DNA of 64,000 nt from Selaginella moellendorffii (taxonomy: Eukaryota; Plantae; Lycopodiophyta). Each line of letters starts with the position of its first letter. The first letter of the stretch is position 1. The notes beneath the pieces are model-generated. The model was not told the origin of the DNA. It searched no databases and saw nothing but the letters and a program-made list of their open reading frames with translations. Shown here one piece after another: positions 1 through 10,299 of this stretch. Both the position numbers and the translations under genes were made by a program. Location: the NCBI RefSeq assembly GCF_000143415.4, contig NW_003314353.1, forward strand, positions 1 to 64,000, read 5' to 3'.

Positions 1-777
1 ACAAAATTATACCATACTTAACATAATATATTTAATACTTTTGCTAACATTTATTCCATATTCATTTTAATCAAAAGCTGCTGTAACTATTATTTACATT
101 TTAAACCATGTTTCCATATCTTATTTGGGATATCATTATACTCCTTATAAAGTTTGGACGCACTCTAAAGCTTTTGGTTGTAAAAGTATATTTAGGGTTT
201 TAATGTTTTACTCTTTTTGCCAAAATTAAATCTCCAAAACAACTTATGGTTTACATTGGATCATCACTCTTTTTTCTTCTTCTTTTCCCATCATTTCATG
301 TTGTTTTTTAGGGTGTTATTAGCTGGGCTAGGTACTAGGGTGTATCCATGGATCTATAGCACGTATGTGATCCATGCTCATGTAATGACATCCTAGGTCA
401 GATTTGCCAATGTAAAATATGCTTAAATTCTGGCTTTAGGGTGGCACTCTGTGCAATGACATCTTCCAGACACAATGTGGGATCCAACATGGGATCCAGG
501 GCAATTGAACAATAGTGATGAACTCATGCAATAACATATGAATTTATTTGCATTGATATAATATACTCCTTACTTTCCATTAAATCTTTGGATCCTTTTC
601 CCAGACTCTCTTATGAAGAGGAGAACATGATAGGAGTGGCTGGTCATCATGTTTTGGTGACTTTAAACTCCAACTTTAAATCTGTTTTATACATATATTT
701 CTTTTATTTTAAATTAGCTTGGAAATTTAAATTTTTTCCAAAGAAAACATTTGGGTAGTGAAGAACCCTAAAATACA

Positions 778-3210
778 ATGCTGCATTGCGCAGGATGTGG
801 AAGCTCCTGCTTCTTCCAATCCCAGCGACGCCCTCCAGGTATGCTGCAGGGCAGAGATTACAGGAGAATGCAGGCCAGAAAGATTGGCCGGGCAGGGTCT
901 AGCGCCATTGTTTTGGCATCCAAGAACAAATCCAGGAAGAAGAATGTGGAGGACGATGTCGCTGCATATACGACGGCTGCGTTGCCTCTGCTAGAGGAGT
1001 ATGCTGCCGGATACAGCGTGGCTGTGCTAGAGAAGAAGAAAGATTTGTCATCCAATCTGGGAGCAAAGGAAACTTTGCAGCGTGAGAAATCTTCTTCCAA
1101 GAAATCCTCGCTGGAAGAGTTTCTCAAAGGGAAAGTTCGACCATTGGACGAGGACGAAGAGAAAGAAGAGAAGGAAGACGAGAGAGTCGAAGTTTGGGAA
1201 GGCGACTTGGGAAGCCCAATGACCGCCGAGGAGGAGCGCAAGCTACTGGCTGAAGCTGAGAAGGAGCTCTCGGAGCTCAGGAAGATGCATGGAGAGCGTT
1301 CCATTTTTGAGAATCGCTCGAAGCTTGGGATCGAAGAGGACGACGATGACGACCGCGTGGAAGTTTGGAAGGGAGATAAGATGGAAGTCTGGAACGAAGA
1401 GGAGGACTCTTCCACAGATGTTTCTACGAGTGACAAGGAAGATCGAGCAGGAAACAAGAAAGGCGTGCCTGCTGTGATGAGGTGCTTCGATCGAGCAAAG
1501 ATTTACGTGAAAGCTGGGGATGGTGGCAATGGCGAGGTGGCCTTTCGAAGAGAAAAATACATCCCTCACGGTGGTCCATCGGGTGGTAATGGCGGACGAG
1601 GTGGAAACATATACATCGAGGTTGATCCATCGCTCAACTCGCTGCTGTGCTTCCGGAAGAGCGTGCATTTTCGTGCCGGACGCGGCAGCCACGGCCTTGG
1701 CAAGTCCCAGGATGGAGCTTTTGGAGACGACTGCGTCGTGAAAGTCCCGCCTGGAACAGTGGTGAGAGACGCGAAGAATTCAGAGACGCTACTCCTGGAG
1801 ATGACAAAAGCTGGACACAGGGAATTGCTGCTTCCGGGAGGCCGTGGTGGCCGTGGAAATGCTGCGTTCAAGTCGGCGAAGAACAAGACTCCTCAGCTGG
1901 CGGAGCGAGGCGAGCAAGGAGCCGAAATGTTGGTTCTCAATCCCCTCCCTTCAAGCGTGATGGTTTGTTCTTCAGTTTTTTTTTTTTTTTTGTTCTTCCT
2001 GTCTTGATTTGTTTCTCTCGACTTTCTCTGATCTTTTGAGTTGTGATCTTTCCAGGTGGGTCGATCTGGAGCTTAAACTTGTGGCAGACGTGGGAATTAT
2101 AGGTGTTCCAAACGCTGGAAAGAGCACGCTACTAAGTGCTATCAGTGCTGCTCGTCCCGCCATTGCTGCATATCCATTCACGACACTACTACCCAACCTT
2201 GGAGTGGTGTCGCTGGACTTCGATGCAACGATGGTTATAGCGGACTTGCCCGGGCTTCTCGAAGGTGCTCACGCTGGATACGGCCTCGGTCACGAGTTTT
2301 TACGCCACACTGAGCGCTGTCGAGTCCTGGTAAGCTTTTTCTTTTAAACTTTCCTGCGTGCTAAAAGTTTCTTTGGAAAACCAGATTCATGTTATAGACG
2401 GTACGAGTCCACAGCCAGAATTCGAGTACGATGCAGTACGACTGGAGCTGGAACTGTTTGATCCTCGCCTTTGCTCCAAACCATCCATTGTTGCTTTCAA
2501 CAAGATGGATGTCCCAGAGGCTGCTGAACGCTGGGAAAGTTTCCGGAAAGCTATGGAGTCTCGTGGAGTGGAGGTTCGTTCCATGAGCGCCGCAACCATG
2601 GAGGGCACGTCGCAAGTTGTACGTCATGCGTATAAGCTTCTACAGACAGTTCCAGTTGGTAAGTATGAAATACTACTTTTAACTGGACTGTGAAACTCTT
2701 TCTCTACTATCCTTGCAGAAGAACCCGTGTCGATCTCGAACGACGTAGCTTCGATGGTGAAAAAGGAGCGAAGTAGTCCCATTGGAGAATTTAAGGTGGA
2801 CGTCGATCCAGAATCAGACCTGTGGCACATTTACGGTGCTGGTGTGGAGCGTTTCACGCAAATGACTAACTGGGAGTAAGCTTACATCTTTTTTATTCCC
2901 ATTCTTTCGAGCATTACAGTTCTTACACGACTCGCAGGTATTTCGAGTCCTTGCAACGATTCGAGCGGGTCTTGGAATGCAGCGGCATAAATGCCGAGCT
3001 AAAGAGTAGAGGAATTCACGAAGGAGACAAAGTTGCGATCGGAGATGTACGTTAAATTCACACTCTTTGTTCTGTGCTATGAGCTCACTGTTTGTTTTTC
3101 TTTTTTCTTCGAACTTACAGATAGTTTTCACTTGGCACGATTCCAATGATATTTCAAATGTGGGGACTTGGAGACGCGGCCAGAGAGGCTCAAAAAGTTG
3201 GCCACACTGA
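778..3210 (+). CDS. OBGC: Plastid Obg/CgtA family GTPase (ObgC), ~6 exons (approx. 778-1928, 2056-2329, 2385-2658, 2719-2875, 2938-3046, 3121-3210)
   Basis: Obg fold '[16 protein letters not shown]...[14 protein letters not shown]', G1 '[11 protein letters not shown]', 'YPFTTL', 'IADLPGL', G4 'NKMD'. GT-AG introns of ~55-130 bp. Long N-terminal extension consistent with a transit peptide plus acidic region. TGA at 3208-3210. Confidence 0.93.
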
Positions 3211-3318
3211 TGCCTCGTTTGTAAAAAAGGTGATATTTTTATCTACAATCTTTCGCTTCTCATCTGTGCGTTCCAGAGAGACATAAAAGGCCTGGTGGTT
3301 TAGGTTTTTGCAGCGAGA

Positions 3319-5765
3319 ATGGCTACCAAAGCGGTGTTAACATTTGGAAGATACAAAGGCCAGCCTCTCGGTTCTCTTCCAGCGAACTATCTGCAATGGA
3401 TGACACAGGAGCTAGACAACCACTGGAATGGCTTGGCCAGGCAAGTCCTATCAGAAAGAAAAGAAGGAGAAAGCTCGAGCACGCAAGAAGGTGGCAGCAA
3501 CGTTTCTCCTCCGCAGAGCTCTCGCAAAGTCGGATCCATGGTTCTCACTTTCGGGAAGTACAAAGGCCAAGCGCTGGGCTCTCTCCCGGACGTGTACCTG
3601 GAATGGATGGCGAACAACATGCACACACACTGGGGGAGACACGCGAGAGAGTTTCTGGATAGCAAGCACGGTGGTGCTCGAGAAGTTCTCATCGCCCAAG
3701 AACAGGATGGATCGATCGCGCTGAAGAAGCAGATCCTGACTTGTCAAGAGAGGAGAGACCTCGAGGAAGCCAAGCGGATCCACGCACGGGTGAAAGCCAG
3801 CGCCTATCGCAACGACCGATACATCGCCAATCTTCTCATGGACATGTTTGGAGCTTGCGGGAGCGCGGACACGGCGCTAGAGATCTTTGACAAGATCCAG
3901 GCGCCCAACATCTTCTCCTGGAACATCATCCTCAAGGTTGTCACGCAGAAGAATGGATGCGATCCAGAGGCGTGGAAGATTTTCGAGAGGATCCCGGAGA
4001 AGGAGAAGAATGCCGTGTCGTGGAACATCATGCTCGCCGCGCTCGCGGCCGAGAAGGGGAATTTGCGCAAAGTGGAGGAGTTTTTCTACGAGAGGATGCC
4101 CGTCAAGGATGTGTTCTCCTGGACTACGCTGCTCAATGCCTACATAACAAATGGGCGGTTTGACAAGGCCAGGGAGATCTTTGCGAGCCTTGATGACGAG
4201 AATGTAAACGCCGCTACGTGGAACACGATAATAGAAGGATATGCCCAGACAGGGGATATGCTGCAAGCCAGAAAGATGTTCGATAGCATGCCCGAAAGAG
4301 CGTTGTGTCGTGGAATTTGATGATAGCAGCCTATGGAAAGATACATAATGTGGGAGAAGCAAGAAACCTGTTTGAAAAAGTGAAGGAGAAAAACCAGGTG
4401 ACTTGGAATGCGATGCTTGCTGTATATGCCCAGAACGGGCATCTGGAGGAAGAAAAAACCTTGTTTGCTGAGATGCCAAAGAAAGATGGCGCTTCGTGGA
4501 CGTGTTTGCTGCAAGCACACTGCCATGCAGGGACAACCCATGATTCGGAGGAGATCCTGCAGAAGATGCCGTTCGCAAAGACTATTGTGCACTGGACGAT
4601 GCTGCTGGATGCCCATGCAAAGGCCGGGAATCTCGATCGAGCGAGGGAAGTTTACGACCAAATGCCGGATCCGGATGCGATCGCGGCGAACGCCATGCTC
4701 GCCGCGTATGCACACAGAGGATACATGCACGAGGCAAATGCGCTGTTCGAGCAAGTTGGAGACAAAGTTGACGCCGCGACGAAGAACATCATGATCCTGG
4801 CGCATGGATCGGCCGGGAACTTGGAGGCATCCAAGCGACTATTCGACGAGATTATCGAGAGAGACCTCTACTCGTGGTCGTCGCTCATGCGGGCGTTCTC
4901 CTTGAGCAGCATGAACGAGGACGCGATTCATCTCTTTCGTTGCATGCTCGTCGAGGGCTTTGCTCCAAACGAAGTGGTTCTCCTCGTCTACGCGACCGCT
5001 GCGTGTGGGCGTGCGAGCTCGCTGGACGATTCCCGGAGCTTCTTTGCAAACATGCTTCCGGACTATGGAGTGTCTCCCGGCCTAGATCACTATGACTGCA
5101 TGGTTGGAGCTTTCGGAGCCGCGAAGAAGATGGAAGAAGCAAGAGAGCTCATTGATAGCATGCCTTTCGAAGCTGATGCTCGAGTGTGGATGACTCTACT
5201 CGCTTGCTGCCGGAGGCACTTGGACGCGGAGAATGGCAAGCTTTGCGCGGAGAGATTGTTTGTCTTGGATCCAGAGAACGTTTCACCGTACAAGATCCTT
5301 GCGGAGATCTACAGCCAAACCGGGAGAGAGAAAGACATTCCTGGATTGAAGAAGATGGTGAGAGACAAAGGTCTCCACAAGCTCGAGGCTGAGAGCCTGA
5401 TCCAGATCGATGGCATCACGCACAAGTTTCGAGTGGGAGACACTGCTCATCCGAGCATCAAGAAAGTTCGCAAGGAAGTCGCGAGGTTGGCGAAGCTGAT
5501 GGAGAAAGATCATGGGTATAAACACGAGAACTTGGGATGGAGTGAGTGTGGCGGTGGTGTTCACAGCGAGAAGCTTGCGATCGCGTACGCGCTGTGCGAG
5601 AAGAGCCGTGAGATCTCGCTCGTGAATAACTTGAGGATGTGCGGTGACTGCCATACTTCTGCGAAGATGATTTCCAGCGTGGTGAAGAGGAAGATCACGG
5701 TACGTGACACGCAGAGGCTGCATGGTTTTGAGAATGGTGTTTGCTCTTGCGCGGATACCTGGTAA
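3319..5765 (+). CDS. PLS-class PPR-E-DYW protein (ends ...CADTW) with two N-terminal DUF3820/ExoX-C-like repeats; single-base frameshift at ~4300 (pseudogene or sequence error)
   Basis: PPR motifs (NIFSWN, DVFSWT, AREIF), E domain 'MPFEADARVWMTLLACCRRH', DYW zinc ligands HSEKLA and CGDCH. ORFs 3319-4320 and 4305-5765 join as ERDVVSWN if one base is restored at 4300/4301. Confidence 0.88.
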
Positions 5766-5768
5766 GTT

Positions 5769-6848
5769 TTAGTCTATTGCGGTTCCAGAGGTGGGAAGAT
5801 CGCGATGGATCCATTCGTTAAATCCACCCTGGAGGTGGAAAACGTTTGTGAATCCTGCTTCCTGGAGTTCATATGCCGCTTTCAATGATCTGTAAGGAGA
5901 GTTTCTTTGTGAGAGTTTTTGACGCGAGATCGACGAGAGTACCTCGACTGACGTCCAAAGAAGCGCTCGGGATCCTTGAACTTCTTTGCTTTAGGCCCCG
6001 TTCTCTCGACGTACGTGAGGAGAGTTCCTCCAATGCTGCACAGGACGATTACTTTCTTGTTCTTGTCGCCGTTGACAGCGTCGAGAGCTTTCTCCACGAA
6101 TTCTGGGTTGCGCTCTGCCATGCAAGCTCTTTCAGTATTCCCTAGTTAGAAACGAGGGGAAAATTTAACCTGTGCCGGAGAAGTTCGTAAGCAAGGCAAA
6201 TCCCAGTCGCCTGCTCAACCAGACCAAAGCATCAGCAAAAAATCTTTGAGAAAAAAGGAAGTAGTAGGAAACCTGGCATTTGCTTTGAGATCGTTTCCTT
6301 GAATTTGTCGGAACAAGGGAGCGGACTTTGTTCCCTCGCCGTGCACCTGAGAAAGAAGAAAAAATGGATCTTGTGCCGAGAAATACGATGAATGATCCAA
6401 AAGAACCTTTTCGAAGGGTTGACACTCACGAACGTCAATAAGAACTGCGTCACCGCTCTTCATCATCTTGTATGCTTCATCGCAATCGAGGCTCACCAGA
6501 TTTCTCTCTGTTAGCTTTCGATGAATTTCTACAAAAGAAAGATATAGAACAAGAGAATCAGTCGGTCGAAATTTCATAGCACTCACCAATCCAAGCAGTG
6601 TACTTGAATGCGTCGTCAAACAGGGATCCAACGTAGCCATTCCGGGCGGCGACATCGGCCTTGAGCTTGTTGAGCTTGGCCTCCATCGTGTTTTGCGACA
6701 CGAATTTGTCGTAGAACCATCCCCGGCTGCTACTGACCTTGTCCGCCGCGGGAGCGCCATCGCGATCGCTTGCCCTAGCGCGCGTCGCAAAACCCTGATT
6801 GCGAGAAGGAAGAACTAGCGCTCGACTAGCAGAAAGCAATGGAGCCAT
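5769..6848 (-). CDS. Chloroplast rhodanese-like (STR14-like) protein, ~6 exons
   Basis: Spliced product includes 'DAVLIDVRE', 'LLTNFSGT-ERNPEFV', active-loop 'VIVLCSIGGT', 'GRQSRSLKAAYELQEAGFTNVFHLQGGFNEWIHRDLP'. TAA at 5771-5769. N-terminus is transit-peptide-like. Confidence 0.88.
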
Positions 6849-7067
6849 TCATTTCACTCACTGGCAGAATATGCTCATTTTGAAAAATCTTCCAACAGAA
6901 TATACTATCGTGAATACTGACAGAATATGCTGCAGACTTGACGGAATGTGTGTTAAGCTTATAGGGGTAGAACCCTAAACCATTCTCTTCGGGAAAAATG
7001 GCGGGATAGAGGAGCTGCGCAGCGACGCGCCTTGGATCGGCCGAAATATCCAAGATCATCCGCGGCG
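6849..7067. promoter_or_regulatory. 219-bp divergent promoter (rhodanese/GDSL) with telo-box-like AACCCTAAA; similar motifs at ~765, ~15366 and ~22058
   Basis: AACCCTA motifs lie near the starts of several housekeeping genes. Confidence 0.4.
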
Positions 7068-8479
7068 ATGAGGTTTCCATCGCTTGTCTTGCTCGTGTTG
7101 TGCGGCATTTTGGCGCAGGGGCAACGCGACGACAACGGCGGCCACAGGTGCTTCCCAGCGATCTTCGGCTTTGGCGACGATTGGGGCGATGTCGGGAACC
7201 TCCAGGCGCTGTATCCGGCGGATCTTGAGAAGCTGGAGGACGAGGCGCCCTACGGGATGTCCTACTTCAAGAAGCCTGCGCGGCGGCTCTCGGACGGGCG
7301 CTTGATGCTGGATTTCGTCGGTAATATCGCTCTCCTTGCCCATTCTTGCTCGAATCTCATCTTCTTTTGGGCGATCCGCAGCTCAGGCGCTGGGAATGCC
7401 CCTTCTTTCGTCCTACGCTGTGGGGGTTGTCTCGAATTTGCAGCACGGCATCAGCTTTGCCGTTGCCGGGAGCACTGCGAGCTCGATTGGTTTGCAGCAG
7501 AACCCGTATCATCTCATGATTCAGATCCAGTGGCTCCAGAAGCTCGAGTCGGACGTGAGAGACGCTCTTGGGAATCAATCTCTTGGTAACTTGGCTCTTC
7601 CTTGTTTTTTCTACTTGGTTTTTCACTCCCGATTTTTTCCAGCTAAGACCACCGAGACTTTGCCTAACGAGCATTCGTTCCAGGAGGGTCTCTACATGAT
7701 TTCTACCGGGCAGAACGACTACAGATACGCATTCTTCCGCGATAACAGAACGGTTCGTGAAGTGGAGCGCACTGTAATCCCCTACGTCGTGGAGAACATC
7801 ACCGCCACTGTTTTGGTAAGTTTTCCTCTAGACTGGCGTGTTTAACTTCACCAATTTTCCTCGTGTAGTTCCTCTCGACGACTTTTAGAGCTGCCAACTT
7901 CATGGTCTTCAATCTTCCACCTCTGGGATGCTCGCCCGAGTTCCTGACCAGCTTTGCCAGCACGGATCCCAATGACTACGACACCATGGGCTGCCTCATC
8001 GACTACAACCGGATCACAGTTCTTCACAACGAGCGTCTCAGGGTCACCATAGACGTGCTGCGAGCCAGCTTTCGGGACTCCGTCCGGAGGCTCATCTACG
8101 TCGACATGGCCGCAATGGTGACTGGCATCGTATACGATCCTGAATCCAGAGGTATGTCCTTCCAAGCTTGTTTGTTTCTCTTCTCTAATTACGAATCGTT
8201 CTTGCTTTGCTTCCAGGCTTTCAGAACGGACTAGAAGCTTGTTGCGGGACTGGAAAGCCATACAACTACGATCCGCGAGTTCCCTGTGGGACGCAGCGAG
8301 TGATCCGCGGCAGGAACTTGACCGCTCGTGCCTGTTCTAATCCGAAGCACTACGTGAGCTGGGACGGCATCCATACCACCGAGGCGTTCAACAAGGCCGC
8401 AATCCACTCGGTTCTTTCCGGACACTACATCGAGCCCCAAACGCAGCTTGGGTGCCGCGTCAACTTTAGCGAGTTTTGA
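7068..8479 (+). CDS. Secreted GDSL/SGNH esterase-lipase family protein, block I Ser replaced (FGDDW)
   Basis: Signal peptide MRFPSLVLLVLCGILAQG; 'FPAIFGFGDDWGDVGN', 'RLSDGRLMLDF', 'GISFAVAGS', 'GQNDY', 'NLPPLGCSP', 'ACCGTG', 'YVSWDGIHTTE'; short introns. Confidence 0.92.
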
Positions 8480-9149
8480 AGCGTTACCTGATTACCTTTT
8501 TGTAGAGTTTGTGCTGTTCGTGAATAAGGAAGAATAATTTTCTTGACAAAATAATTGTAACAATGAGCTTTTACAAACAAATCCACACTGCACACTCTAA
8601 TTCACACACTAATCTAAACTTACACAATGTTTCTTCTTCGCCATCTTTCCATAAAGATATGTTGCGGCCTTGCTTCTCTCGACTCTGTGTGGTTCTTTCT
8701 GTTGAGATATATGTTGCGGCTTTGCTTCTCTCGTCTCTGTGTAGTAGTCCCTTCGGGAGACATATAGAGGCCTTGCTTCTCACTTTTCTGTGTAGTCCTT
8801 TCTCATTAATCCATTGCAAATTCCTTGCTTCTCCCTTCCTTTCCTAAGTTGCAGTGGTGTTGTAGATGAATACTTCGTCCCTGTTCCTCTCCCGGTGGCA
8901 GCAGCAGCAGCGGAGGCAAGACCGAACAACCAGGAGCAGCAGGGCAAGATTAACCAACACGAAAGGAGTCCACCTGACCGCTGCCAGGGGGTAGTAGCAA
9001 CCATGAAGAGGAGGTGGCACCGCACTAGGACGTGCTTGTCGTAGCGCTTGTGGTGACACTCGTGGCGTTTTTGTAAGAGGATGGACCGCAAAATCTTCTT
9101 AATCACACTAAAACAAACTCAACTTCTTACTTAAGAACCCTAACACTTT

Positions 9150-9730
9150 TTTAAAATGTAGAATCCCACTTACATGAGGGCAAGATATAGAGGTTCCAGA
9201 AACAAGTTTGTATGGTACTTTAGAGTTATTGAATTGTGTATATGCTGCTAAAATGTGTACTCCTGGAGCTGTAATATCAGGCTGAAAGAACAAAAGTCTC
9301 AAAACAACTAACAAAATAACAATTAAAATATACCTTGAGTATGTCTGGATCAACCGACCAGAGGATGAAAATGCTGCCATTAGAGGAGAAGGCTTTTGAT
9401 TTGTCAATGAAATCTGATGTTGTATCTGCGCTACAGGAAACCTAGCACGCACAAAAGGTTAAATAAAATACAAAACACAAACATTTTTACCTTGTAGAAT
9501 TTATATATGAAAAGATGGCTTCTCCAGCTTTTTCATCAACATAAACTGAAGGAAGAAACTTATTTCCAGTATCTTGATCAACTTGAGTTGAGTTGCAAAA
9601 GATAATCCCAGCTCCACCGGCACTAAAAACTGCTAAAGATTGGAAAGGTGGATGCATCCACCCCCTCAAACATGCCACAATCTTTCCTTGGACTTTCTTG
9701 GGATCCAAAGACCCATTCAAGCACAATTGC
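9150..9730 (-). pseudogene. Subtilisin-like (S8) protease fragment: PA domain to catalytic-Ser region
   Basis: 'CLNGSLDPKKVQGKIVACLRG', 'PSPLMAAFSSSG', 'PDITAPGVHILAAY', 'SGTSISCPHVSGI'. Truncated at both ends. Paralogous to 25083-27506. Confidence 0.85.
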
Positions 9731-10299
9731 CTAATAATATCATCTTAATTCGTAACATTAAGAATGATTGTTTTACTGACATTGTTTTTTAACAACTTCG
9801 TCATAACTTAAACTTATTATATACATATTTTTGTTTTATAACTGTTATAAATGACTTAAAATCTTCAAAAAAAATATAATTTTTACTTTAAATCTAGTTA
9901 CTAATAATAATAACAACTGAACATTTTAAGTTAAATTTATAAAACTATTGTGTCTTAAATTTTAGCTTAATGACAAAATTTTAAGTTGTATAATGCAATA
10001 AGTCAAACTCGTGTTGCACACCATGTAAAATAACACAGCTAGGGATCAGATCACACTTAAAAGGATTAGAGAAAGTCTAAAAATGAAACAAATAACATTT
10101 CGACTCTTGAGCACAGCCACACTGAATACTCCTGTTGCAGAAGCGTCATATATGCTCAACTAGATTTAGATCGGCAATCTTTTAATCTGTCTTGCAGGTT
10201 AGGGTTCTTCAGTACGATACAAGAGATTAAGGTGCCTTTTCTCTTCTTTTCTTCAATTTTCATATATTTTGAGAATATCTTCAATGACTAATTAGCTAA

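Noticed and set aside
4295-4320. Programmed ribosomal frameshift joining the two PPR ORFs
   Set aside because: No slippery heptamer; a single missing A in a GAC codon explains the shift.
858-8440. Long antisense and alternate-frame ORFs over ObgC, PPR and GDSL genes
   Set aside because: Shadow ORFs from GC-rich coding sequence, with no motifs.
8563-9106. Small ORFs including a TM + CCCC peptide (8844-9059, -)
   Set aside because: Depends on a (GCA)n microsatellite; no supporting gene structure could be established.
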